Positions 18,989 to 28,344 are shown, counted from the stretch's first letter. The stretch: DNA of 64,000 bases from Burkholderiales bacterium (GCA_016790695.1 JAEUOS010000001.1:822-64821), one strand, 5' to 3'. Numbers and translations are program-made. Notes: a model not told the origin generated them from the letters alone.

Positions 18989-19851
18989 GCCGCGCCGCGC
19001 TCGCGCGCCACGCGCGCGACGAACTCGCGATAGGTCGTCGGCGTCCGCCCGAGGATCATCGCCAGCACGCGCGCATTGCCGCCCGACAGGCCGTACCGGT
19101 CGTAATGCGCGTACATGGTGGCGACGCGCTCGACCTGGAACGGGGTGCGCGTCTTCGCGCCGATCGGCCGCCATTCATCGATCGCATACGCCTCGGCGCG
19201 CACCGGCCTGCCGAGCACGTCGCCGATGGTGGCGGCCATCTCGTCGCGCGTCAGGTTGTCGCCGCTGCACAATTCGAAGCCGCCGCCGTCCCAGCCGGGC
19301 TCGGTCAGCACCGTCGCCGCCGCACATGCGATGTCCTCGAGGTCGACCAGGCTCATGCGCGCGCCGGTCGCGTAGGGCGCCCGGTAGACACCGCGCTGCG
19401 TGACGTTGTCCCACTCCCACAGCATGTTCTGCATGTACATGGTCGGCTGCAGGAACGTGTAGGGGATCAGCGACTCGATGATCAGTCCCTCGACCACGCG
19501 CTTGTCGCGGTGGTGCAGCAGGGCGTCGACCTGGGCGTGGATCAGGCTGTGGAACACCAGCTGATCGACCCGTTCCGCGCGCGCCGCCGCGATCACGTTC
19601 TGCCCGATCGGGATCTCCGCGTCGCTCATCACCGGGCAGATGTGATAGACGCGGCTGGCGCCTTCGAGGGCGCGGCGCACGTCCGCGGCGCTCTTCAGGT
19701 TGCCGAGCACCACGTCGGTGGCGCCGGCCGCGCGCACCTTGTCGGCGGACTCCGGGCGGCTCACCATCGCGCGCGCCGGCACGCCCAGGGCCTTCAGGCG
19801 CCGCAGCGCCGCCGTGCCGGTCTGGCCGGCGGCGCCGAGGATGACGATCAC
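18985..19851 (-). CDS. NmrA-like NAD(P)-binding protein (paralogue B)
   Basis: GTG at 19851 gives VIVILGAAGQTGTAA. GTGA overlap with the cupin gene stop. The remainder of the 18985..21606 track ORF is a read-through artefact. Confidence 0.8.
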   Translation of the reverse strand: MIVILGAAGQTGTAALRRLKALGVPARAMVSRPESADKVRAAGATDVVLGNLKSAADVRRALEGASRVYHICPVMSDAEIPIGQNVIAAARAERVDQLVFHSLIHAQVDALLHHRDKRVVEGLIIESLIPYTFLQPTMYMQNMLWEWDNVTQRGVYRAPYATGARMSLVDLEDIACAAATVLTEPGWDGGGFELCSGDNLTRDEMAATIGDVLGRPVRAEAYAIDEWRPIGAKTRTPFQVERVATMYAHYDRYGLSGGNARVLAMILGRTPTTYREFVARVARERGAA

Positions 19852-20411
19852 GCCGCGCCCTTGGCGTAGGGATCGACGCCGGCGGCGCGGTCGGCATCGA
19901 TCACTTCCTGCGGCACGAACAGGCCGCGGTTCGGATCCTCGACGTTGTCGTAGATCACCATCACCATGCCGGCCTCGCCGGGCTCGCCCTGCTGCTCGAC
20001 GCGGCGCCACAGCATCGGCGGCACCGAGAAGGTGTCGAACGGGCCGAGCTCGACGAACTCCTCGGGGTCCTTGTTGAAGAAGATGCGGTAACGCCCCTTG
20101 ATCGGCATGAAGATCTCGCGGTACTCGTGGGCGTGGATCACCGGCGAGTTGCCGGCCTTCGACTCGATGAAGCACATGTGGAAGCTGTGCGGGGTGGAGA
20201 TGCCGGCCGGCGCGGCCTTGTTGCCGGTCGAGATCACGTACTTGATCGGCAGGCGCCTGGTCGGGTCGCCCTTGTCGACGAAGGCGTTCGGGTCGACCTT
20301 CAGGTCGCGGTAGAAGGCGACGTTCTTCATCACCTCGGCGGTCGGCATCTCGACGCCGGGGCCGGCGACGCGGGTGTACAGCGTGGTGCCTTCGGCGGTG
20401 GTCTGGCTCAT
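19848..20411 (-). CDS. Cupin-domain protein
   Basis: 187 aa. His-rich beta-barrel core (PHSFHMCFIE...VIHAHEYREIFMPIKG) fits the cupin metal motifs. Confidence 0.72.
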   Translation of the reverse strand: MSQTTAEGTTLYTRVAGPGVEMPTAEVMKNVAFYRDLKVDPNAFVDKGDPTRRLPIKYVISTGNKAAPAGISTPHSFHMCFIESKAGNSPVIHAHEYREIFMPIKGRYRIFFNKDPEEFVELGPFDTFSVPPMLWRRVEQQGEPGEAGMVMVIYDNVEDPNRGLFVPQEVIDADRAAGVDPYAKGAA

Positions 20412-20423
20412 GGCATGCTCCTT

Positions 20424-21188
20424 TCAGGCGAGGCGTGCGGCGAGGAGGCGGTTGTACTCGTCGGCGCAGAGGATGTAGGGGTAGTGGCCGCCGCCGGCCA
20501 GGTTGTGCGCCGCGGCCTGCGGATAGCGTTCGCGCACCGCCGCGCGCACCGGCGCCGGGATCACCGGGTCGTTGTCGCAGTCGATCACGGTGATGCGCGC
20601 CTGGTCGAGCCCGAGCGGCGGCACCGGCGCGGCCAGCTGCACGGCGAGCATGCGCGCGCGCAACAGCGCCGCGTCCTGCTTCGCGCCGATCAGGTCGAGC
20701 TGGATGTCGCGCAGCTCGCTCGCCGGGGCGGCGCGCACGCGCGCGAGCACCTGCTCCTTCAGGGTCTCGGCCGGCGTGTCGCGCGCGCTCGCGAGCTTGT
20801 CGGGCGCCTGCACCGGCCCGGGGTCGACGAAGGTGCAGGTGAGGACGAGCCGGTCGACGCGCGCGGGATGCCGCGCGGCGAACAGCTGCGCGACATAGCC
20901 GCCCAGCGAGGTGCCGGCCACGCTTGCCCGCGCGATGCCCAGGCGGTCGAGGAACGCCGCCAGGCCGTCGGCGAGCGTCGCACCGTCGGTCTCGGCCGGA
21001 TAGGTCACCGACACCAGGCGCAGGCGCCCGGCCAGCGCGAACTGCTTGTGGAAGATCTCGGCGGTGCCCTGCGCACCCGGCAGCAGGACCACGCACGGGC
21101 CGCTGCCGGCATCCACGCAGGGCCAGGCGACGCCGTTCACGTCGATGCTGCGGACCGCGTGCCCGCGGCGGAACTCCTCGAGCGTCAT
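20424..21188 (-). CDS. Alpha/beta-fold hydrolase
   Basis: Nucleophile elbow GTSLGG plus an oxyanion-region LLPG motif. Start chosen at MTLEEF (21188); the alternative is 21236. Confidence 0.8.
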   Translation of the reverse strand: MTLEEFRRGHAVRSIDVNGVAWPCVDAGSGPCVVLLPGAQGTAEIFHKQFALAGRLRLVSVTYPAETDGATLADGLAAFLDRLGIARASVAGTSLGGYVAQLFAARHPARVDRLVLTCTFVDPGPVQAPDKLASARDTPAETLKEQVLARVRAAPASELRDIQLDLIGAKQDAALLRARMLAVQLAAPVPPLGLDQARITVIDCDNDPVIPAPVRAAVRERYPQAAAHNLAGGGHYPYILCADEYNRLLAARLA

Positions 21189-21289
21189 GCTGTTTCCCGA
21201 TGTCCGGTTGATGGGTCGGACGATTGTAGGAACCACCCCGCGGTGACGCTATCTGCGTCTCGACATAGTTAATATCTCCTTGGTGGATA

Positions 21290-22213
21290 ATGGTGCGCAT
21301 GCCTGCCGACCGTCTCCCCGACCTGCAGCTGATCGCGGCGCTCGAGGCCCTCGTCGCCGAAGGCCACGTCTCGCGCGCGGCCGAGCGCATGGGCCTGAGC
21401 CAGCCGGCGATGAGCACGCTGCTCGGCCGGCTGCGCCGCACCTTCGACGACCCGCTGCTCCTGCGGACGTCGCGCGGCATGGTGCCGACGCCGCGCGCGC
21501 TCGAGCTCGCGGCGCAGGGGGGCGCGCTCCTCGAGCAGGCGCGCATGCTGATGCAGGGCGCGCGCGCGTTCGAGCCGGTGCGCGCCGAGCGCACCTTCCG
21601 CGTCATCGCGACCGACTACGTGCTCTCGGTGATGCTGCCGCCGCTGCAGGCGCTGCTGGAGGCGCGCGCGCCGGGCATCGGCATCGACGCGCAGCCGCCG
21701 AACCCGCGGCGCGTGCAGGAGCTGCTCGCGTCGGGCCAGGTCGACCTCGGCATCGGCTACCTCATCGATCCGCCGAAGGGACTGCGCACCCGCCTCCTGT
21801 TCCGCGAGAGCTCGGTGTGCATCGCGCGCCGCGGCCACCCGGCGGTGCGCGGCCGGCTGGGCCTCGCGCAATACCAGGCCGCCGACCACGTGCGCATCAG
21901 CCCCGCCGGCACGGGGCAGTACGGGCGCATGGTCGAGGCCGCGCTCCTCGACCTGCGCATCCGGCGCTCGGCCGGTCTGACGGTGCCCAACTTCCTGGTC
22001 GCGCCGGCCGTCGTCGCCCGGAGCAACCTGCTGGCCACCGTGCCGGCACGGATCGCGCGCACCTTCGCGGCATCGCTGCCGCTGCAGGTGCTGGAGCCGC
22101 CGGTGCCGCTGCCGGTGCTCGAGGTGTCGCTGTACTGGCACGAGCGCGCGCACAAGGACGCGCTGCACCGCTGGATGCGCGCGCTGGTGATCGAGGCGGC
22201 GCGCGAGGTGTGA
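21290..22213 (+). CDS. LysR-family transcriptional regulator
   Basis: LQLIAALEALVAEGHVSRAAERMGLSQPAMSTLLGRLR wHTH. Divergent from the 10-gene minus-strand operon. Confidence 0.9.
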   Translation: MVRMPADRLPDLQLIAALEALVAEGHVSRAAERMGLSQPAMSTLLGRLRRTFDDPLLLRTSRGMVPTPRALELAAQGGALLEQARMLMQGARAFEPVRAERTFRVIATDYVLSVMLPPLQALLEARAPGIGIDAQPPNPRRVQELLASGQVDLGIGYLIDPPKGLRTRLLFRESSVCIARRGHPAVRGRLGLAQYQAADHVRISPAGTGQYGRMVEAALLDLRIRRSAGLTVPNFLVAPAVVARSNLLATVPARIARTFAASLPLQVLEPPVPLPVLEVSLYWHERAHKDALHRWMRALVIEAAREV

Positions 22214-22224
22214 GGCGCCGCGGC

Positions 22225-22977
22225 CTAGGGCATGATCTCGCCGCCGTTCGGGTGCAGCAGCTGGCCGCAGTAGTAGCGCCCCTCGTCGGAGGCCAGGAAC
22301 ACGAAGGCCGAGGTCATGTCCTCGGGGGTGCCGAGGCGCTTGAGCGGCAGGCTCGCGGCGTGCGCGGCCTTGACCGCCTCGGGCAGCGGGTCGAAGCCGG
22401 TGTCGACCAGGCCGGGCGCGACGCCGTTGACGAGCACGCCGTGGGGCGCCAGCTCCTTGGCCAGCGCGCGCGTGAAGGCGATCACCCCGCCCTTGGCGGT
22501 CGAGTACGCGGTGTAGTTCTCGCGCCCGATGTAGCCCAGCTGCGAGCACAGGTTGATGATGCGCCCGGACTTCGCCGCCATCATGTGGCGCGCGGCGGCG
22601 CGCGAGCACAGGAAGGCGCCGCGCAGGTGCACGGCCATCATGCGGTCCCAGTCGGCGACGCTCATCTCGACGATCGGCTGCGGGCGCTGGATGCCGGCGT
22701 TGTTGACGAGGATGTCGAGCCGGCCGAAGCGGGCGACCACCTCGGCGAAGGCCGACTCGACCTCGGATTCCTGGGTGACGTCGGCGCGCAGCGCCTGCGC
22801 GTGGCGGCCGCGTGCCTCGATCTCGCGCACCAGCGTCGCCGCCTCCTCCTCGCGGGCGACGAACAGCACCGCGACGTCCGCACCTTCGTCGGCGTAGGCC
22901 AGCGCCACCGCGCGGCCGATGCCGGTGTTGCCGCCGGTGATCACGGCGACACGCCCGGCGAGTCGTTGCATGCTCAT
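22225..22977 (-). CDS. SDR-family oxidoreductase
   Basis: MSMQRLAGRVAVITGGNTGIGRA (TGxxxGxG), NNAG, YxxxK (YSTAKGG). ATGA-type overlap with the upstream gene. Confidence 0.9.
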   Translation of the reverse strand: MSMQRLAGRVAVITGGNTGIGRAVALAYADEGADVAVLFVAREEEAATLVREIEARGRHAQALRADVTQESEVESAFAEVVARFGRLDILVNNAGIQRPQPIVEMSVADWDRMMAVHLRGAFLCSRAAARHMMAAKSGRIINLCSQLGYIGRENYTAYSTAKGGVIAFTRALAKELAPHGVLVNGVAPGLVDTGFDPLPEAVKAAHAASLPLKRLGTPEDMTSAFVFLASDEGRYYCGQLLHPNGGEIMP

Positions 22978-23717
22978 TGGACCTCCTGGAACAGCCGCCC
23001 CCAGCCGCGCACGCGGCGGGTGTCGACGCCGGCGAGCTTCAGGCACTTCCACACCGCCGTGGCGATGCTGTCGTAGATCGGGATGCCGGTCTCGGCCTCG
23101 AGCGCCTCGACCAGGGGCGCGGCCTTGAGATTCGTGCACAGCGGGATGATCGCCTGCGGACGCGCGCGCGCGACCGCGCGCACCATGCCGGCGATCGCCT
23201 CCGGCGTCACCTCGGAGAACGAGAAATTGTGCGACAGGCCGAGGTGCTGCTCGGCCACCACCCGAAAGCCCGCCTGCGCGTAGTTGGCGTCGATGCGCGC
23301 CTGCACGTCGTCGGTGTAGGGGGTGACGAAGGCGATGTCGCGCGCCCCGGTGAGGCGCAGGATCTCGTTGATCGCCAGCACCGACGTGCCGGCCGGGATG
23401 CCGGTCGTCGCGGTCAGCTCGCGGCACAGCGTCTCGTCGGTGCCGAAGCCGAGCCAGGACGAGGAGGTGCCGTTCCAGGCGATCGCATGCAGCTCCGCGT
23501 CGGCCAGCAGGTCGGCCGCCGCGAGGATGTTGGCGCGGTCGAACTGGCCGAGCGCGGCGTCGGACAGCGCGATCGTGCGCACGCGAAAGCGCCCGAAGTG
23601 CGCGGTCACCTCCGGCAGGCCGGCGAGCATCATCGTCGTGATCGGCTCGAGCGCCGTGTTCGATGACGGCGTCAGCATGCCGATCAGGGTGCGTCGCGGC
23701 ATCGTCGTGGATTCCAT
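22974..23717 (-). CDS. Maleate isomerase / arylmalonate decarboxylase-like protein (Asp/Glu racemase superfamily)
   Basis: 247 aa. LIGMLTPSSNTALEP N-terminal motif and a second-half CTNL motif fit the two-Cys maleate isomerase/AMDase family. Confidence 0.78.
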   Translation of the reverse strand: MESTTMPRRTLIGMLTPSSNTALEPITTMMLAGLPEVTAHFGRFRVRTIALSDAALGQFDRANILAAADLLADAELHAIAWNGTSSSWLGFGTDETLCRELTATTGIPAGTSVLAINEILRLTGARDIAFVTPYTDDVQARIDANYAQAGFRVVAEQHLGLSHNFSFSEVTPEAIAGMVRAVARARPQAIIPLCTNLKAAPLVEALEAETGIPIYDSIATAVWKCLKLAGVDTRRVRGWGRLFQEVQ

Positions 23718-23744
23718 GAATGGGCTGCGGGCGGCCGGCGGCGC

Positions 23745-24440
23745 TCAGCCGGCGAGCGCCTCGGCCAGGTCGAAGGCGGCCTCGGGAGGCGGCGCCATGT
23801 CGAGCCCCTCCTCGACCTCGTTGAGATGGGCGAGCATCAGGCGCGCGGCGCGCGCGCCGTCGCCGCGCGCGATCGCGGCCGCGATCTCGACATGGTCGTC
23901 GCCGCGGCAGGCGGGCGTGTTGGGACTCTCGTAGAGGTAGATGACGAGGCTGGTCAGGGTCTCGAGTTCGCGCAGCATGCGCAGCATCAGCTGGTTGCCG
24001 GCCAGCTCGGCGAGCAGCAGGTGGAACTCGCCGGTCAGCCGGATCAGCGCACGATGGTCGTCGCGCGCCGCCGCCTCGGCCTCGCGCTTCAGGTGCGCCT
24101 CGAGGCGGCGCTCGACCGCGCGGTCGGTGCGCGCCGCCAGCGTCTGCACGATCGCCGGCTCGAGCAGCCGGCGCAATTCGAACACCTCGCGCGCCTGCTC
24201 GGCGGTCGGCTCGCTGATCGCCGCGCCGCGGTTGGGATGCAGGGTGACGATGCCCTCGTGCGCGAGCCGCGCCAGCACCGGCCGCACGCGCGCGCGATTG
24301 ACGCCGAACACCTGCGCCAGGCGGTCCTCGACCAGGCGGGTCCCCGGCGGCAGCCGGTGCTCGACCACCGCGGCCATGATGCGCTCGACCATCTGTTCCT
24401 GGGTCGGCGGGCGGTTGGCGTGGGTGGTCTTGGCAGGCAT
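23745..24440 (-). CDS. GntR-family (FCD/FadR-subfamily) transcriptional regulator
   Basis: wHTH LPPGTRLVEDRLAQVFGVNRARVRPVLARLAHEGIV plus an all-helical C-terminal FCD-like domain. Start chosen at MPAKTT. Confidence 0.85.
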   Translation of the reverse strand: MPAKTTHANRPPTQEQMVERIMAAVVEHRLPPGTRLVEDRLAQVFGVNRARVRPVLARLAHEGIVTLHPNRGAAISEPTAEQAREVFELRRLLEPAIVQTLAARTDRAVERRLEAHLKREAEAAARDDHRALIRLTGEFHLLLAELAGNQLMLRMLRELETLTSLVIYLYESPNTPACRGDDHVEIAAAIARGDGARAARLMLAHLNEVEEGLDMAPPPEAAFDLAEALAG

Positions 24441-24530
24441 GGCGTCGCCGCATTCTAATCGCGCCCCCGGCAGGGCACGCACCGAACCGGGTCATCGATG
24501 CACCCGAATGGTGTACAAACAATTTGACGT

Positions 24531-24564
24531 ATTGTTGACAAAATGCGTGATGTTAGTCAACAAT
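24531..24564. promoter_or_regulatory. Candidate GntR operator: perfect 9-bp inverted repeat
   Basis: ATTGTTGAC (24531-24539) and GTCAACAAT (24556-24564), 16 bp apart, in the AT-rich divergent GntR/racemase spacer. A third TTGAC lies at 24524-24528. Confidence 0.4.
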
Positions 24565-24620
24565 CTTTCGGTCCCGGAGCCGCGCCGCATCACGGCGCGC
24601 TGCCGGAGGAAGGGGGGGCG

Positions 24621-25355
24621 ATGAAGCTGCTGCTGGTCAACGGCAACCGCACACGGGCGGTGACGGCCGCCGTGCTGGCCGAGGCGCAGGCGACGGCCGC
24701 GGACGGCACCGAGCTGGTCGCCGTCGAGGCGGCGTTCGGCGCCGACATCGTGTTCTCCCACGCCGAGAACGCGGTCGCCACCCACGCGGTGCTCGACGCG
24801 CTCGCGCGCCACGCCGGCGGCTGCGACGCGGCGATCCTCGCGATCTCGTTCGATTCCGGCCTTGCCGCGGCGCGCGAGCTGCTGCCGATGCCGGTGCTGG
24901 GCATCACCGAAGCCGCGCTCCTGACCGCGTGCCAGCTCGCCCGCCGCGTCGGCGTCGTCACGGTCGGCCGCGTCTCGAGCAGCCTGTATGCCGAGGTGTT
25001 CGCGCAGACCGGCCTCGGCGACCGGATCGCGGCGGTCGGCACGGTCGACATGGCGTCGGCCGGCGAGTACCTGTCGCCGCAGGATTTCGACGCGCGCGTC
25101 GTCGCCGAGGCCAATCGCCTCGCCGCCGAGGCCGGCGCCGAAGCCGTCGTCGCCTGCGGCGCGGCCCTCGCGGGCATCGCGCGGCGCGCGCGCGCGGCGG
25201 TCGCGGTGCCGCTGGTCGACGGTGTCGGCGCCGCGGTGCGCCAGGCCGAGGCGCTGGTGCGCGGCGGCTATCGCGCGCGCGCGCGGCCCGCGGGCCCGCG
25301 CGCCACCATGGCCGGGGTGTCGGCCGAACTCGCCGCGCTGTTCGCGCGCCCCTAG
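24621..25355 (+). CDS. Hydantoin/allantoin racemase-family protein (Asp/Glu/hydantoin racemase superfamily)
   Basis: MKLLLVNGN... start with GGAGGAAGGGG RBS. 244 aa, with conserved AAILAISFDSG and VVACGAAL segments as in HyuE/HpxA-type racemases. Confidence 0.78.
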   Translation: MKLLLVNGNRTRAVTAAVLAEAQATAADGTELVAVEAAFGADIVFSHAENAVATHAVLDALARHAGGCDAAILAISFDSGLAAARELLPMPVLGITEAALLTACQLARRVGVVTVGRVSSSLYAEVFAQTGLGDRIAAVGTVDMASAGEYLSPQDFDARVVAEANRLAAEAGAEAVVACGAALAGIARRARAAVAVPLVDGVGAAVRQAEALVRGGYRARARPAGPRATMAGVSAELAALFARP

Positions 25356-25363
25356 CTGCGGCC

Positions 25364-26875
25364 ATGGCGCGCATCCTGATCCGGCGCGCCCGCGTGCTCA
25401 CGCTCGATGGCGACGACCGCGAGCTCGACCGCGCCGACATCCTGGTCGACGGCGCGCGCATCGCCGCGATCGGCGCGCAGCTCGACGCCGCCGGCGTCGA
25501 CCGGGTGATCGAGGCCGACGGCAAGCTCGCGATGCCCGGCCTCGTCAACGGCCACTTCCATTCCCCGGGCAACATGATGTGCGGCGCGCTCACCGACATG
25601 CCGCTCGAGCTGTTCATGCTCTACGAGGTGCCGCCCGGCGGCGAGGGCGCGATGGGCCATCGCCTCGCCTACGTGCAGACCCTGCTCGGCGCGGTGGAGA
25701 TGCTCAAGGCGGGCATCACCGCGGTGCACGACGACCCGTACCACAATCCGGCGCCGACCACCGACGGCATCGACGCGATCATGCAGGCGTACGCGGATGC
25801 CGGCATCCGCGCGACGGTCTCGATCAACCATCCGAACAGGATCGAGTACGAGAAGTACCCGTTCCTCGCCGACCTGCTGCCGGACGCGGTCAAGGCGCGC
25901 ATGGCCGCGGTGCGGCGCTGGCCGGCCGCCGAGATCGGCGCGCTGTACCGCTGGTTCCTCGAGCGCTGGCACGGCCAGGCCGACGGTCGCCTGCGCATCG
26001 CGGTGTCGAACTCGGCGCCGCAGCGGGTCACCGACGACTACTTCGCGACCCTGTCGGAGTTCAGCCGCGCGCACGACCTGCCGTTCGACATCCACATGCT
26101 CGAGACGCGCCTGCAGCGGGTGTTCGGCCAGGAGGTGTGGGGCAAGTCCCTGGTGCGCCAGGTCCACGACCTCGGATTCCTCGACCGGCGCATGCTGGTC
26201 ATCCATGCGATCTGGGTCGACGAGGCCGACATGGAGCTGCTGGCCGCCGCCGGCTGCACGGTCGCGCACAACCCGGTGTGCAACCTCAAGCTGGGCAGCG
26301 GGGTGATGCCGTTCCGGCGGCTTTCCAGACATGGCATACCGATTGCATTGGGCACCGATGAACGCAACACCGACGACACCACCAACGTCTGGGGCGCCAT
26401 GAAGACCGCCGGCCTGATCCACAAGATTGCCGAGCCCGACTACCGCGACTGGCCGAGCGCCGCGGAGGTCCTCGCCTGCGCCACGCGCGGCGGCGCGCGC
26501 GGCATGGGCCTCGAGGGCCGGATCGGCGTCCTCGCGCCCGGCGCGCAGGCCGACCTGATCCTGGTCGACCTCGACACCCTGCCGTTCACGCCCCTGAACG
26601 ACCTGCGGCGCCAGCTGGTGTTCTGCGAGAACGGCGCGTCGGTGCGCCTGACCATGGTCGCCGGGCGCGTCGTGGTGGAGGACGGCCGCGTCCTCAGCGT
26701 CGACGAGCCCGCGCTCAGGGCCGAGGTGCGCGCGCTCGCCGCCGAGTTCCGCGACAGCCTCGCCGCCACCGACCGCGCCGCCGCCGCGCTCGAACCCTTC
26801 TACCGCGCGATGCTCATGCGCGCGCTCGACGTGCCGGTCGGCATGGAGCGCCGCGCCGGGCCGATGACGCCGTGA
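25364..26875 (+). CDS. Metal-dependent amidohydrolase (ATZ/TRZ, guanine/cytosine-deaminase-like)
   Basis: 503 aa. N-terminal beta-sandwich, then PGLVNGHFHSP (HxH metal ligands) and a late GTDE motif. 4-nt overlap with the next gene. Confidence 0.85.
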   Translation: MARILIRRARVLTLDGDDRELDRADILVDGARIAAIGAQLDAAGVDRVIEADGKLAMPGLVNGHFHSPGNMMCGALTDMPLELFMLYEVPPGGEGAMGHRLAYVQTLLGAVEMLKAGITAVHDDPYHNPAPTTDGIDAIMQAYADAGIRATVSINHPNRIEYEKYPFLADLLPDAVKARMAAVRRWPAAEIGALYRWFLERWHGQADGRLRIAVSNSAPQRVTDDYFATLSEFSRAHDLPFDIHMLETRLQRVFGQEVWGKSLVRQVHDLGFLDRRMLVIHAIWVDEADMELLAAAGCTVAHNPVCNLKLGSGVMPFRRLSRHGIPIALGTDERNTDDTTNVWGAMKTAGLIHKIAEPDYRDWPSAAEVLACATRGGARGMGLEGRIGVLAPGAQADLILVDLDTLPFTPLNDLRRQLVFCENGASVRLTMVAGRVVVEDGRVLSVDEPALRAEVRALAAEFRDSLAATDRAAAALEPFYRAMLMRALDVPVGMERRAGPMTP

Positions 26876-27798
26876 TCCCGCCCGCCATGCTCGCCACCCA
26901 CGGCCGGTTCGCCTACTCCGCCATCACCGAGCGGCCGCGCTTCGCCTGGCCGGAAGGCAGGCGCCTGGCCGTCTACGTCGCGCTGAACCTCGAGGCCTAT
27001 GCCTTCGGCGAAGGCCTGATCGAGGAGATCGCCGCGCCCGGACCGGGCCCGGCGCCGGACGTGATGAACTGGTCGTGGCTCGAGTACGGCAATCGCGTCG
27101 GCGGCTGGCGCCTGCAGCGCCTGTTCGCCGAGCTGCGCCTGCCGTGCACGCTGCTGGTCAACGCCGCGGTCTATCGCCACTGCCCGCAGTTGCCGGCCGC
27201 CTTCGCCGCCGCCGGCGCCGAGATCGCCGCGCACGGACGCACCAATTCGGAGCGCCAGGGCAACCTGCCCGAGCCCGCCGAGGCCGCGCTGATCGCCGAG
27301 GCGACCGCCGCCATCGCGGCCGGCGCCGGGACGCGGCCGCGCGGCTGGCTCGGCCCCTGGATCTCCGAAAGCCGCGTCACGCCGGACCTGCTGCACGAAG
27401 CCGGCTACCGCTACGTGCTCGACTGGTGCTGCGACGACCAGCCGTTCTGGCTCGCCACCCGCGGCGGGCGGCTCCTGGCCGTGCCGTACCCGCAGGAGCT
27501 CAACGACAGCAATACCGTGATCGGCCGGCGCGTCAATCCCGACGATTTCGCCGACATGATCGTCGACAACTTCGCCGAGATGCGCCGCCAGGCCGAGGAC
27601 GCGCCGCTGGTGATGGGCGTCTCGCTCCATGCGCACTGCGCCGGCCAGCCGTTTCGCCTCGTGCATTTCCGGCGCGCGCTGGCGGCGCTGGCGCAGGCGC
27701 TGCCCGACGTCTGGGTCACGACCGCCGGCGCCATCGCCGACCACTTCATAGCCACCACGACCGGCACGACCGAGGCCGCGGGAGACAAAGCGCGGTGA
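26872..27798 (+). CDS. Polysaccharide-deacetylase-fold hydrolase, PuuE-allantoinase-like
   Basis: 308 aa, collinear with the PuuE family (EYGNRVGGWRL, EIAAHG, PRGWLGPW, DDQPFW, VPYPQELND, SLHAHCAGQPFR). Substrate not assignable. Confidence 0.82.
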   Translation: MIPPAMLATHGRFAYSAITERPRFAWPEGRRLAVYVALNLEAYAFGEGLIEEIAAPGPGPAPDVMNWSWLEYGNRVGGWRLQRLFAELRLPCTLLVNAAVYRHCPQLPAAFAAAGAEIAAHGRTNSERQGNLPEPAEAALIAEATAAIAAGAGTRPRGWLGPWISESRVTPDLLHEAGYRYVLDWCCDDQPFWLATRGGRLLAVPYPQELNDSNTVIGRRVNPDDFADMIVDNFAEMRRQAEDAPLVMGVSLHAHCAGQPFRLVHFRRALAALAQALPDVWVTTAGAIADHFIATTTGTTEAAGDKAR

Positions 27799-27833
27799 GG
27801 CGCGTTCCTCACGATCACGACATGGAGAACCGC

Positions 27834-28292
27834 ATGCATCCGATCGATCCGCAGCGACGGGACGTCCTCGCCGCCGGCACGCTGGCCGCCGGCGCCCTGC
27901 TGGCCGCCGCCTCCGGCGCGCAGGCCCAGCCGGCCCTGCCGCCCAAGCTTTCCACCCACGCGCTCGACACCTACAACGGCAAGCAGGCCGCCGGCATCCG
28001 CATCGACCTGTACCAGATCGAGGGCGACAGCCGGCGGCTCATCAAGACCGTGCGCGCCAACGAGGAAGGGCGGGTCACCGCCAACCTGCTCGAGGGCGAC
28101 GCACTCAAGGTGGCGCGCTACGAACTGGTGTTCCACGTCGCCGAGTACTACAAGGCGATGGGCGTGGCCCAGTCGAATCCGGAGTTCCTCGACGTGGTGC
28201 CGCTGCGGGTGGCGATCTGGGACGCGCGGCAGCGCTACCACGTGCCGCTGTACTTCTCGCCATGGGGCTACATGACCTACCGCGGCAGCTGA
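27834..28292 (+). CDS. hiuH: Transthyretin-like 5-hydroxyisourate hydrolase with twin-arginine-type signal peptide
   Basis: Signal MHPIDPQRRDVLAAGTLAAGALLAAASGAQA. HALD...GKQAAG N-terminal motif, HVPL, and the diagnostic C-terminal YRGS tetrapeptide. GGAGAA RBS. An alternative ATG lies at 27822. Confidence 0.8.
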   Translation: MHPIDPQRRDVLAAGTLAAGALLAAASGAQAQPALPPKLSTHALDTYNGKQAAGIRIDLYQIEGDSRRLIKTVRANEEGRVTANLLEGDALKVARYELVFHVAEYYKAMGVAQSNPEFLDVVPLRVAIWDARQRYHVPLYFSPWGYMTYRGS

Positions 28293-28344
28293 GCCGCCCG
28301 CGCCCGCCCTGCCCCCACGACCCACGCTTTCCGGAGAATTCACC

